This document shows positions 42,315 through 52,366 of a DNA stretch of 64,000 nucleotides, in pieces. This DNA is from an uncultured cyanobacterium (lineage in GTDB: Bacteria; Cyanobacteriota; Cyanobacteriia; Phormidesmidales; Phormidesmidaceae): the NCBI GenBank assembly GCA_963793265.1, contig CAWBZI010000004.1, forward strand, positions 32,001-96,000. The letters are read 5' to 3'. Each line of letters opens with the position of its first letter. The stretch's first letter is position 1. The notes below the pieces were generated by a model. It was not told where the DNA came from, did no database searches, and was given only the letters and a program-made list of their open reading frames with translations. The position numbers and the translations under genes are program-made.

Positions 42315-43439
42315 TTAATAACCCAGAATGTCTATTTGTACGGTGCCTACGCCTGAACTGATCAATCCGATTTGCTCGGCTGCGCCCATGGATAGGTCGA
42401 TAATGCGATCGCCTGCATAAGGCCCACGGTCATTAATCCGAACTGTGACCTGACGCCCGTTGTACAGGTTAGTCACAAGCACGCGGGTGCCAAAAGGCAG
42501 AGTCCGATGCGCTGCGGTGAGTGCATATTGGTTAAAGATTTCGCCGTTAGCACTCATTCTGCCGTCGAAGCCAGGGCCATACCAGGATGCGCCACCGACG
42601 TTGCTAGCAACAATCGCAACCTGCTGAGCAGGAGCGGCTTCTACAACAGGTTCAGGTTCGGGCTCGGGCAAGCCTTCAATCTCTGAGACAGGCTCAGCGT
42701 CACCGAGCAGCCGACGCAGGCGATTGGTGATCTGTAAAGCGTCTTCCGCCAGGTTTTCGGTGGTATCAGGTAAAATCGTGCGGCTGTCTAAAGAAAGCAG
42801 GTCTTCACCGGCTAGGGTGACGATGTAGCCTTCGTCTGATTCATTTTCATTCCAGCGAACTGAAAGATCGGTTGCTTCGATATCGCCTGTGACTAGCTCT
42901 TCACCTAAGTTAGAAGCTCTTAAAACAGGGTCGTTCTCTAAGCTAGCGTCTAGAACGTCTCCGGCAGAAGCCGCGCTGGCCTGAAGATTACTGGATGAAT
43001 CAGCAGCAGCGACCGAGACGGCATCGCTGTTGTTAGAAAGACTATCTACTTCAGTGCCAATAAAGGTGAGCACCGGGATGTCTTTTATATAAAGCGTGGC
43101 GGCACGGCGACCGTCAATCTCGTGAGCGTGAACCAAAACTTTGCTGTTATCAGCAGCAGGGTTGAGTTCGTTAGCAGCTTCAATCGATCCATTTGCTGGA
43201 TTGCTTGAGAGCGTAGCTGATGCGGGGATGTCGCTGAGTACTGAGCTATCTGAAATCAGTACGGGAATATCGGATGCTAGAGATGATTCTGTCAGAACTG
43301 ATGCAGAAGCATTTGTTCTTGGGGTGTCGCCAAGGGGCTGAGCACCTGTGATAGTTGCGTTTGCTCCTGATAGCACGAGGGCTATGGTTAAAGAGCGGGC
43401 GAACTGATGTTTGATTGAACCGTTAAAAAGCACAGACAT
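42315..43439 (-). CDS. rlpA: Septal ring lytic transglycosylase RlpA family
   Basis: ASWYGPGF, TAAHRTLPFGT, VRINDRGPY, IIDLS. Confidence 0.9.
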   Translation of the reverse strand: MSVLFNGSIKHQFARSLTIALVLSGANATITGAQPLGDTPRTNASASVLTESSLASDIPVLISDSSVLSDIPASATLSSNPANGSIEAANELNPAADNSKVLVHAHEIDGRRAATLYIKDIPVLTFIGTEVDSLSNNSDAVSVAAADSSSNLQASAASAGDVLDASLENDPVLRASNLGEELVTGDIEATDLSVRWNENESDEGYIVTLAGEDLLSLDSRTILPDTTENLAEDALQITNRLRRLLGDAEPVSEIEGLPEPEPEPVVEAAPAQQVAIVASNVGGASWYGPGFDGRMSANGEIFNQYALTAAHRTLPFGTRVLVTNLYNGRQVTVRINDRGPYAGDRIIDLSMGAAEQIGLISSGVGTVQIDILGY

Positions 43440-43671
43440 AATAGGCTACATCTCAGCGGCTCAGGCGATCGCCCTTGAGCGAATGACCTTTGTTTTGAGC
43501 CGGTGTGTCATAGCAGCGCTGAAACCTCGATATCGAATTAAACGAACATCGCTAATCTACATGACTAAAATTGCGCCAAGATCCGCATATTTTCGTGTCA
43601 ACTACCCAACAATAAGATTCATCGTATCTTCATAAAAAGTGTGAAATGACGAAATGTAAAGGCTTTGCAGG

Positions 43672-43687
43672 TGTATGACTCGCTACA
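43672..43687. promoter_or_regulatory. NtcA-like palindrome in the rlpA/purM divergent region
   Basis: TGTA-TGACTCGC-TACA; no correctly spaced -10 element seen. Confidence 0.35.
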
Positions 43688-43993
43688 AAATCATTTGACA
43701 ATGCTTATGACTTCCTAAAACTGTGTTCTGGATAACTAATCAATGAAGTCTGTTTTTTACTGTGCACAATAGAATAGTTTTTTTTAGACTATGCAACTTT
43801 ATGCATTGTTTTTGTCCCAAAAAGGAATTTACCACTACCCAAAACGCTGCTGAAATTCACATTGAGTAACCTCTGATTTACGTTGGGTGAGACACTAGAT
43901 ATGGATTTTCTCTACTGCTTTATTGCTAGGTTGAGGCGCAAACCTGGCTATATGTGTGAGTAGTTGTCAGATGTGAAGGGAGCAGCGTTAGCT

Positions 43994-45058
43994 ATGGACT
44001 ACCGGCAAGCAGGCGTAGATATAGAGGCGGGCCGTGCGTTCGTCGATAAGATTCGTGACATGGTGAATGGGACGTATCGGCCTGGGGTACTTGGGGGGCT
44101 TGGGGGCTTTGGGGGCTGCTTTGAGATTCCTGATGGCTATCGGAAGCCTGTGCTGGTGTCGGGTACAGACGGCGTGGGTACGAAGCTGAAGATTGCTCAG
44201 GTGCTAGACCGGCACGATACGGTGGGCATCGATTTGGTGGCAATGTGCGTCAATGACGTGCTGACGATTGGCGCGGAGCCACTATTTTTTCTGGACTATT
44301 TGGCGACGGGAAAGCTGGCTCCTGAGCAGTTGGCGCAGGTTGTTGCTGGAATTGCAGGCGGCTGTAAGACTTCGGGGTGCGCGCTGCTAGGGGGTGAGAC
44401 GGCAGAGATGCCGGGGTTTTATGGGCCGGGCGAGTATGACCTAGCGGGCTTTTGTGTGGGGATTGTGGAGAAAGATCGGATGCTGGATGGCTCGAAGGTG
44501 GCGGTGGGCGATCGCCTGATCGGTCTGGCAAGTAGCGGCGTGCACAGCAATGGCTTTAGCCTGGTGCGAAAAATTGTGGCCGAGGGCGAACGGGATGCGC
44601 GTGAGGCGGGGCGGCCTGCTGGCTACGATTGGGCGGAAAAACCAGCGGCGTTTGGCGGCGAGTCTTTGGGTGAGATGTTACTGAAGCCGACTCAGCTATA
44701 TGTGAAGCCGGTTTTGGCGGCGCTGGCCTCTAATTTGACGATTCATGGCATGGCACATATCACCGGGGGCGGACTGCCGGAGAATTTGCCTCGGTGCTTG
44801 GGCGCAGGTCAGTCTATTCAGCTAAAGGCTAGGAGCTGGCAAATTCCGCCTGTGTTTGACTGGCTGCGCGAGGCGGGCGGGGTAAGCGTGGCGAATATGT
44901 ACAACACCTTTAATATGGGCGTTGGTTTTGTGGTGATTGTGCCGCCAGATGAGGCTGAAGCGGCCCGCGCTCAGTTTGCAGGTGAAGGAATCGAGGCGGC
45001 GATCATTGGTGAGGTGGTGAAAGGGTCGGGGGAATTACTCGGGGTGCCAGTGAATTGA
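43994..45058 (+). CDS. purM: AIR synthetase
   Basis: [38 protein letters not shown]. Confidence 0.95.
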   Translation: MDYRQAGVDIEAGRAFVDKIRDMVNGTYRPGVLGGLGGFGGCFEIPDGYRKPVLVSGTDGVGTKLKIAQVLDRHDTVGIDLVAMCVNDVLTIGAEPLFFLDYLATGKLAPEQLAQVVAGIAGGCKTSGCALLGGETAEMPGFYGPGEYDLAGFCVGIVEKDRMLDGSKVAVGDRLIGLASSGVHSNGFSLVRKIVAEGERDAREAGRPAGYDWAEKPAAFGGESLGEMLLKPTQLYVKPVLAALASNLTIHGMAHITGGGLPENLPRCLGAGQSIQLKARSWQIPPVFDWLREAGGVSVANMYNTFNMGVGFVVIVPPDEAEAARAQFAGEGIEAAIIGEVVKGSGELLGVPVN

Positions 45059-45225
45059 CAGAGCAGATCGGTAAACAGCACCTAAATGTGCGGAGCTTAA
45101 CAATAGATAAAGGTGTTTTGTGCCTGGCTCTTGGGGCGGGGCTTGCTTATCAAGTTAGGCTGTATTAAGCATGAGGCTTTGGTTTTTGGCTTTGGCCTCT
45201 CTCTATATAAGAAGGAGTTTTTGCG

Positions 45226-46068
45226 TTGAGTGCAAGTAAAGGAAATAGTCAGCCGGTTTTTATTGCAGCGATCGCGACGGTTGTTGCGATTGTGCTGGCG
45301 AGTAGCTTTGTGATTATCAATCCAGGGCAAGCAGGCGTGTTAAGCGTGTTGGGGTCGGCCCAAGACGGCGTGCTGCTAGAGGGCATTCATTTGAAGCCGC
45401 CGTTCGTGTCGTACGTAGATGTGTACGACATTACGGTGCAAAAGTTTGAGGTGCCTGCTGAGAGTTCGACGAAAGATTTGCAGGATTTGAAGGCGCGCTT
45501 TGCGATTAACTTTCGCTTAGAGCCTGAGCGCATGGTGGATATCCGCCGTAAGCAGGGGTCGCTCTCTAATATTGTGAACAAGATTATTGCGCCCCAAACG
45601 CAGGAGTCTTTTAAGGTGGCAGCGGCCAGGCGTACCGTAGAGCAAGCGATTACGCAGCGGGCCATTTTGAAAGAAGACTTTGATAATGCGCTAGCGCTGC
45701 GGCTAGAGAAATACGGGATTGATGTGCTTGATACGAGCGTAGTTGACCTGACGTTTTCTCCAGAGTTTTCACGTGCGGTAGAAGAAAAGCAAATTGCTGA
45801 GCAAAGAGCGCAGCGGGCTGTATATGTGGCGCAAGAGGCTGAGCAAGAAGCGCAGGCTGAAATTAACCGGGCTAAAGGTAGGGCCGAATCGCAGCGCCTG
45901 ATTGCCGATACGCTAAAAGCACAGGGCGGTAAGCTGGTGCTACAAAAAGAGGCAATTGAGGCTTGGAGAGCAGGCGGCGCGCAGATGCCTCGGGTGCTGG
46001 TGACTGGGGGAAGTGACGGTAGCGGCAGCGTACCGTTTATCTTTAATCTGGAAAAAGACGATCAGTAG
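45226..46068 (+). CDS. Prohibitin/SPFH (band 7) protein
   Basis: N-terminal TM, TKDLQ, FSPEFSRAVEEKQIAEQ. Confidence 0.88.
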   Translation: MSASKGNSQPVFIAAIATVVAIVLASSFVIINPGQAGVLSVLGSAQDGVLLEGIHLKPPFVSYVDVYDITVQKFEVPAESSTKDLQDLKARFAINFRLEPERMVDIRRKQGSLSNIVNKIIAPQTQESFKVAAARRTVEQAITQRAILKEDFDNALALRLEKYGIDVLDTSVVDLTFSPEFSRAVEEKQIAEQRAQRAVYVAQEAEQEAQAEINRAKGRAESQRLIADTLKAQGGKLVLQKEAIEAWRAGGAQMPRVLVTGGSDGSGSVPFIFNLEKDDQ

Positions 46069-46150
46069 GTTGCCTTTGGGAGCATAGATAGCTCTGTCTT
46101 TGGGCGGATAAACAAAACTGTTTCATTGCTTATCGTTCGCTTGATAAACA

Positions 46151-47050
46151 ATGCCGTTGTTAACCCACCCGAGTGCTGCCATGATCTCTGCTAAAGCTTC
46201 GCCAAATGCATCCGCTTCCGGCCAGTTTACGCTTTCAGATCGATCTGTAAATCGGCTGGGATATGGCGCGATGAGAATCACAGGCGAAGGCGTATGGGGC
46301 GAGCCCGAAGACAGAGCCGAAGCGTTGCGCGTCTTAAAACGTCTGCCAGAACTCGGGATTAACTTTATCGATACGGCAGATAGCTATGGGCCTTTTGTCT
46401 CTGAAGATCTGATTGCTGAAGCACTGTATCCTTACGACGGCCTGTTTATTGCAACTAAAGGTGGGCTCACTCGACATGGGCCTGGCAAGTGGCCAGTTTT
46501 AGGACGGCCTGAGTACTTGCGTCAGTGCGTGCTGATGAGTTTGCGACGGCTCAAGGTAGAACAGTTAGACCTGTGGCAACTGCACCGCATTGACCCCAAG
46601 GTTCCTCAAGATGAACAGTTTGGCGCGATCGCTGACATGTTGAGCGATGGGCTGATTGCTCATGCCGGGCTTAGCCAGGTTTCAATCGAAGAGATAGAAG
46701 CGGCGCGTAAGATATTTCCGGTGACGACCGTGCAAAATCGCTATAACTTAGCCGACAGAGCTGATGAAGCGGTACTTGAGTATTGTGAGCGCGAGGGGAT
46801 AGGGTTTATCCCCTGGTTTCCTTTGGCAGCAGGTGATCTGGCTAATCCAGGCGGTGTGGTAGATAGCATTGCCAAAGCCCATGATGCATCCCCTGGACAG
46901 GTGGCACTCGCTTGGATATTAAAGCGCAGCCCTATGATGTTGCCAATTCCAGGCACTAGCAAAGTTTCGCACTTAGAAGAGAACGTTGCTGCTGCGCAAA
47001 TTGAGCTATCGGACGATGACTTTCAGCAACTTAACGAAGCCGCCCAATAG
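46151..47050 (+). CDS. Aldo/keto reductase
   Basis: [35 protein letters not shown]. Confidence 0.9.
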   Translation: MPLLTHPSAAMISAKASPNASASGQFTLSDRSVNRLGYGAMRITGEGVWGEPEDRAEALRVLKRLPELGINFIDTADSYGPFVSEDLIAEALYPYDGLFIATKGGLTRHGPGKWPVLGRPEYLRQCVLMSLRRLKVEQLDLWQLHRIDPKVPQDEQFGAIADMLSDGLIAHAGLSQVSIEEIEAARKIFPVTTVQNRYNLADRADEAVLEYCEREGIGFIPWFPLAAGDLANPGGVVDSIAKAHDASPGQVALAWILKRSPMMLPIPGTSKVSHLEENVAAAQIELSDDDFQQLNEAAQ

Positions 47051-47095
47051 GCCGCGCTGTCCGTTGGCCGTCCGACTATTCGATACAATGTATCG

Positions 47096-47323
47096 ATGAA
47101 CTATATTATCTTTTGGATTTTTGGATTCGGCACCCTTTGGGCAGGACTAAAGCTATTTGATGACGAGGTGCTTTTGATTGTGACGATCCTTGTGGGCTCA
47201 GGATTGGTGCTGATGGGCCTGTTCTCTTCTCCTGTGCAGCTACAGGTTGGTGTTGAAGTATTCCTCGTCTTCAATCTGTTCTACATTTGCATGGAGTGTA
47301 TTAGGCGCGGCGATCAACAGTAG
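47096..47323 (+). CDS. Small hydrophobic membrane protein
   Basis: 75-aa ORF with about three TM segments, co-oriented between the reductase and the hydrolase. Confidence 0.6.
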   Translation: MNYIIFWIFGFGTLWAGLKLFDDEVLLIVTILVGSGLVLMGLFSSPVQLQVGVEVFLVFNLFYICMECIRRGDQQ

Positions 47324-47335
47324 GCTTATCAGAGT

Positions 47336-48244
47336 ATGACGCAGCTGCAAAAGAGCGATTTAGCAGAAAAAAACGACCGCTGGGACACCTGGCAAGCATT
47401 CAAGGCCGATCAGCAAGAAATGCTGCTACCTGCGGGCATGGCCGCTCATATTTCGGTAACTATTCGGTACATAGACGAGGGAGAGCCAGCGCAGGGTACT
47501 GTTTTGCTAATGCATGGTATTCCGACCTGGGGATATCTGTATCACGAGATTATTCCGCCTTTGGTGCAAGCAGGCTATCGAGTGCTGGCACCCGATTTTT
47601 TAGGGCATGGCTGGTCGGATAGACGCGATCGCTTCGACCGTTCCTTTCAAGCTCAGGCAAAAATGATTGTCTCCTTCCTATCGGTGCTCGGCTTGAGCGC
47701 AGTAGACGTTGTTGGTCATGATACTGGTGGGGCAGTCGCTTTAATTCTGGCAATTGAACATGCGGCCTGTGTCAACCGTCTTGTGATTACAAACTCAGTC
47801 TGCTACGACCGATTTGACGACGATATGCTTGATTTTGGTCATCCGCTCAGGTGGAAGTCTCGCCCTCTATCAGAGCTGGTTGAGGCGCTAGAAGAGAGTC
47901 TTGATATGGGTATTACAAACAAAGCGAGACTTACCGATGATTTTAAGGAAGGTATTATTGCACCCTGGGCTAGCAAAGAAGGTAAATTAAGCCTGCTTCG
48001 CAACGCCTCTGCGCTCAATGCAAATCAAACAATGGCCCTTGTTGATCGCCACAGCAGTATTTCTGCGCCAACGCTAATTTTATGGGGTATGGACGACCCC
48101 TGGCAAAAGTCGGAAGATGGAAGACAGCTAGCAAGTGAGATTCCGAATGCTATCTTTGAACCCATAGAAAATGCATCTCATTGGATACAACAAGATACGC
48201 CAAAACAGTTTTTTAATGCCGTTCTCGCGTTCTTTAAAAACTAG
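47336..48244 (+). CDS. Alpha/beta hydrolase (epoxide hydrolase / haloalkane dehalogenase-like)
   Basis: HGIPTW, APDFLGHGWS, nucleophile elbow GHDTGG (Asp), ASHWIQQD. Confidence 0.85.
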   Translation: MTQLQKSDLAEKNDRWDTWQAFKADQQEMLLPAGMAAHISVTIRYIDEGEPAQGTVLLMHGIPTWGYLYHEIIPPLVQAGYRVLAPDFLGHGWSDRRDRFDRSFQAQAKMIVSFLSVLGLSAVDVVGHDTGGAVALILAIEHAACVNRLVITNSVCYDRFDDDMLDFGHPLRWKSRPLSELVEALEESLDMGITNKARLTDDFKEGIIAPWASKEGKLSLLRNASALNANQTMALVDRHSSISAPTLILWGMDDPWQKSEDGRQLASEIPNAIFEPIENASHWIQQDTPKQFFNAVLAFFKN

Positions 48245-48302
48245 CTGGTAGAGAAATTTGTCACGATTGCTTCAGTTTCATCTACCTTCTCAAAACTTGT
48301 TT

Positions 48303-51245
48303 TCACAAAACCTGGTCTATTTGCTGTGCCAGCTCAAACACATGAGGCGGGCGAAACATGCTCATATGACCACCCGAGTTAGTGATTACTTTGATATCGC
48401 CTTGAACATAGCGCGACCAACCTAAATCATTCTCAACAACGACTTCGTTTTCAGGTGTCTCAAGTGCTCGAACGACCAAAAGATTATCAGGATAGTGGGA
48501 TAGCGTGTATTGCTGGGCGAGTTTGCTATGGTGGCGACGAGCGGTTTGGGTTAGCGTACTGCTTGGACGCTTGGGCTGTTCTTGAAAGCTGCTATGTTTT
48601 GCTAGAAACCTGCTAATTTTGCCTTGTTCATACTGGTAGCGCTTGACTATTTTGGCTTTCATGTAGCTAAGGCCGTCTTCGCGAAACTCTTGCCAGTAAG
48701 CTTGATATCTGCTGGCGGTAGATTCTACGTACCGGGCTCCTGGGGCGTGGTGGTCAAACAATATTAGCTGCGCTACAGATTCGTTCTGCTTAATAAGCTG
48801 TTGCGCGATTTCGTAAGATAGTAATCCTCCGAAGGAAGCGCCGCCTAAGTAGTAAGGGCCGTGAGGCTGGATGAGCTGAATTTGTTCGATGTAGTATTTG
48901 GCGGTTGCTTCAATGCTGTTGAATGTGGGGCTCTCTGCATCTGCAAAGGCTGATGTGACGCCGTAGATAGAGCGATGGGTTTTTAGGTGCTGAACGAGTG
49001 GCTGATAGAAGAGAACGCTTGACCCTAATGCATGAATAAGGAATAGTGGTTGATTTTTAGCGCTATCTGTTTGTTTTTGATCAGGTCTTAGCGGGATAAT
49101 CAGGGAGGGTGTGACCGTTGTTGTGTTGGGTGCTTTGGAATCAGGGCTTGTAGCGTTTTTGTTGGATTCTATGGTGAGTAGCTGTGCGGCGATCGCGCGA
49201 ATGGTCGGCGTTTGAAAAAGCTGGTTGAGTGGAAATGCTAGGCCGGTTTGGTGTTCGAGTGCGGCAAATGCCTGCTGGGCTAGGATTGAGGTGCCGCCTA
49301 AGTCGAAGAAACTATCGTCGATGCCGATAGGACGAACGCCGAGACAATCTTCCCAAATCTGTACGAGATTTTGTTCTAGTGGCGTATGCGGTTCGGCAAA
49401 GGCGTTGGTGAGGACATCGGCAGATTTTGGTCGAGAAAGAATAGGAGAGGGCGTAGTAGCGTTGGATAAAAGCCAGTAAGACTGATGGTCGAAGGCGTAG
49501 GTTGGCAGATCTACAAATTGGCAACAGGTTGAGCTGTAGAGCTTTGACCAGTCAATTTTTACGCCTTTTTCCCACTGCTGAACAAGATGCTGGAGGGCAG
49601 TGATTCTCTCTGTAGGCGCAGCCCCTTCTCTGGGATAGGTTTCGGATGAGAGGGTCTGACGCTGGGCGCGCCGGGTGATTGTTTGGCCGATGGGGTCTGA
49701 AGACTTGTAGGCGTGTTCGAGCTGCTGTTGGAGGTCTTGAAAAGAGGTGGTGACGATTGCCAGGCGACGAGAGAAGTGCGATCGCCGCCTACTTGCTGTG
49801 TAGCAAACATCCCTTAAACCCCAGCCTTCTTGCGCGCCTAGAACCGTTTTATAGCGGTGGATAAGCCCTCTCAATGCCTGCTCGCTTTTGGCAGAGAGCA
49901 CTAATATCTCTGGCTGACTATGGCGCGATGTATCGGCTTCAATATTGGCGCTATCTAGTCCTGATAGCACCATATGAACGTTGGTACCGCCTAATCCAAA
50001 TCCGCTGATGCTGGCGATCGCACCGCCATTTTCACCATCATCCTCATCGCCAGCCCTCTGAGGCCAATCCATCAGCGCTGAAGGCAATTTGAGCTTTGCT
50101 TTGTGCCAATCAATGTAATCGCTAGGCGTTTGGCAGTGTAGATGGGGCGGAATTTGCTGGTGGTAAAGCGAAAGCGCCACTTTCATCAGCCCTGCCATAC
50201 CAGAGGCCACTTCTGCGTTGCCTATGTTTGTTTTCACAGAGCCCACAGCACATGGATTATCATCATCACGCGCTGCTGAGAGCACTTCACCGAGCGTATT
50301 GAGTTCTAGCGCATCGCCTAGCGGCGTACTAGACCCGTGAGCTTCGACGTATTGCACCCGGTTAGGCGCAATGTCTGCCTGCTGATAGGCCCTTTGGATG
50401 AGATCTTTTTGCGCTTTGGGATTTGGCCCGGTGAGTCCGTTGCCCCTGCCGTTGTGGTTGAGGGCGCTGCCTTGAATAGTGGCATAGATGCGATCGCTAT
50501 CTTCTACCGCTACCTCTAGTGGCTTAAGAATCACGACGCCTGCCCCTTCACCGCGAACGTAGCCGTCAGCGTTCGTGTCAAAAATTCGACAGCGATCGGA
50601 CGTGGAGAGAAATCCTGTTCCTTTTAATCTTTTAGTGGTTGTATCCGACAAAATCAGGTTGATGCCACAGACGATAGCCATGGTGGATTCGCCGCAGCGG
50701 ATACTTTGAACGGCTTGATGTATGGCGACTAATGACGAAGAGCAAGCTGTATTAATTGCAACGCTTGGCCCCTGAAGATTTAGCTGATATGAGAGTCGAT
50801 TAGCGGCAATACAAGGGTTAACGCTTGTCGCGCCATAGCTATCATCGTTAGCTTTTGCAAAAGACTTTGTTATCTGGTCGTAGCGGCTGTCTACGATGGC
50901 TGTAAAAACGCCTGTACGACTTCCGGCTAAATGGGCAGGTACCTGTCCGGCATCTTCTAGTGCTTCCCAGGCAATCTCTAGCAGTAGGCGCTGCTGAGGA
51001 TCTAGCGAGTTTGCCTCTTCGGGTGTGATTCCGAAGAAATGAGGATCGAACTGGTCGATATCTGATAAAAAACCGCCTACCGTCTCGTCTGTGTCTGCTG
51101 GAAAAAGTGCCTGTCGCTCAGGAGAGGGCAAGGCAATGGCGTCTTTTCCCTGCTTTAGCATCTGCCAAAATTCGTCTGGTGACTTAGCGCCCGGAAAGCG
51201 ACAGCCAAGACCAATGATTGCAACTGAGGTTTGAGATTTTGACAT
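48303..51245 (-). CDS. AT-less type I PKS: KS (non-canonical)-carrier protein-thioesterase
   Basis: DPQQRLLLE, TACSSS, HGSST, NIGNAE; LVLSAKS...LPTYAF linker without an AT GHSxG motif; FFDLGGTS carrier; GASFGG thioesterase. Confidence 0.9.
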   Translation of the reverse strand: MSKSQTSVAIIGLGCRFPGAKSPDEFWQMLKQGKDAIALPSPERQALFPADTDETVGGFLSDIDQFDPHFFGITPEEANSLDPQQRLLLEIAWEALEDAGQVPAHLAGSRTGVFTAIVDSRYDQITKSFAKANDDSYGATSVNPCIAANRLSYQLNLQGPSVAINTACSSSLVAIHQAVQSIRCGESTMAIVCGINLILSDTTTKRLKGTGFLSTSDRCRIFDTNADGYVRGEGAGVVILKPLEVAVEDSDRIYATIQGSALNHNGRGNGLTGPNPKAQKDLIQRAYQQADIAPNRVQYVEAHGSSTPLGDALELNTLGEVLSAARDDDNPCAVGSVKTNIGNAEVASGMAGLMKVALSLYHQQIPPHLHCQTPSDYIDWHKAKLKLPSALMDWPQRAGDEDDGENGGAIASISGFGLGGTNVHMVLSGLDSANIEADTSRHSQPEILVLSAKSEQALRGLIHRYKTVLGAQEGWGLRDVCYTASRRRSHFSRRLAIVTTSFQDLQQQLEHAYKSSDPIGQTITRRAQRQTLSSETYPREGAAPTERITALQHLVQQWEKGVKIDWSKLYSSTCCQFVDLPTYAFDHQSYWLLSNATTPSPILSRPKSADVLTNAFAEPHTPLEQNLVQIWEDCLGVRPIGIDDSFFDLGGTSILAQQAFAALEHQTGLAFPLNQLFQTPTIRAIAAQLLTIESNKNATSPDSKAPNTTTVTPSLIIPLRPDQKQTDSAKNQPLFLIHALGSSVLFYQPLVQHLKTHRSIYGVTSAFADAESPTFNSIEATAKYYIEQIQLIQPHGPYYLGGASFGGLLSYEIAQQLIKQNESVAQLILFDHHAPGARYVESTASRYQAYWQEFREDGLSYMKAKIVKRYQYEQGKISRFLAKHSSFQEQPKRPSSTLTQTARRHHSKLAQQYTLSHYPDNLLVVRALETPENEVVVENDLGWSRYVQGDIKVITNSGGHMSMFRPPHVFELAQQIDQVL

Positions 51246-51277
51246 GATGGCGTTTGAGTAAGGCTGGCTGTGATGGG

Positions 51278-52366
51278 CTAGTTGATAGGGGCAGGTGAGT
51301 TGCCTAATGCCGCAAGAATTTTGCGATCGCCGCTATACGATCGCCGTCCGTGGGCTACCAAGAAATTGTCGAGCACTAGCACGTCGCCTTTTTGCCAGGA
51401 GAATACGGTAGCTTCGCTATCGGCGCAGTCGCAGAGGGTCTGAATTTCTTCGGGTGAAATGGGTGAGCCGTCGCCATAGGTGGCATTCATTGGCATGTTT
51501 TCTTCACCGATCATGTTGCACAATAGCTGTCCTGCTTTACCGTAGGCTCCGTAATGAAATATTTGGGGCTGACAGAACCACACAGTTTCGCCTGTGATGG
51601 GGTGCTGGGTGATCGCAGGCAAAACCTGATGGGTTACTAGGGTGCCGTTCTCTTTCCAGACGTATTGAATATCGCTTTGGTTTAAGAACGCTTCTACTTC
51701 GGTGCGATCGCTGGTTTCAAACTGTTGCTGCCAGGGCTTTCCTAGTAGCTCAAATGGTTTCTGCTCACCATCGACCATGTTTTTTGTATAGCGAATTTTC
51801 CTATCTAAAAAGCGCTGACGCAAATCTGCTGGAATCTTTTGATAGATAGCGGCGGTACTGGCAATAGGCGTTTGGCCCTCTGTTGCTGGCGGCGTTTCGC
51901 AAAAGAACACTATTTTGTGAGGTGCCCAGCAGGTGTAAGACAGCTCAGTATGAAGCGGGATGGGTTTGGAGGCTACGTAGTTTGTAGAAGTGTAGATTAG
52001 ATTATGAACCCGACTGCGAGGAGAACTTCCTTGCGTATAAGGCACACATTTTATTTGAAGGGCGATGACGACCTGCTCAAACATTTCAGCAGTTTGAACG
52101 CCGCACCCTCGCAAAAGAATACCGCCGTGCTTTAGTAAAGTCTCTTCGATCCAGCGTCTATGTTCTGTTATCCATGTCAGCAAAAGCTTGAATGCGTCAT
52201 CCTCAGACTCCGGCATGGTTAGCACTAGCGGGAGCAAGCAATCTGCTGCAAACAGAGATGCCCTGAGGGGTTGCGGGCAGTGCATAGGGGCAATCGTTAT
52301 TGGCATGTCTAGTTCTTTACAATATTTGGCTGCTGATAAAACCGGCTCGAAACGCTGCCTTATCAA
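51278..52366 (-). CDS. TauD/TfdA (SyrP-like) Fe(II)/2-oxoglutarate dioxygenase
   Basis: HGGILLRG, IPLHTELSY (HxE), WQKGDVLVLDN..VAHGR; start TTG 52366 (overlapping the P450 stop) or ATG 52306. Confidence 0.88.
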   Translation of the reverse strand: MIRQRFEPVLSAAKYCKELDMPITIAPMHCPQPLRASLFAADCLLPLVLTMPESEDDAFKLLLTWITEHRRWIEETLLKHGGILLRGCGVQTAEMFEQVVIALQIKCVPYTQGSSPRSRVHNLIYTSTNYVASKPIPLHTELSYTCWAPHKIVFFCETPPATEGQTPIASTAAIYQKIPADLRQRFLDRKIRYTKNMVDGEQKPFELLGKPWQQQFETSDRTEVEAFLNQSDIQYVWKENGTLVTHQVLPAITQHPITGETVWFCQPQIFHYGAYGKAGQLLCNMIGEENMPMNATYGDGSPISPEEIQTLCDCADSEATVFSWQKGDVLVLDNFLVAHGRRSYSGDRKILAALGNSPAPIN

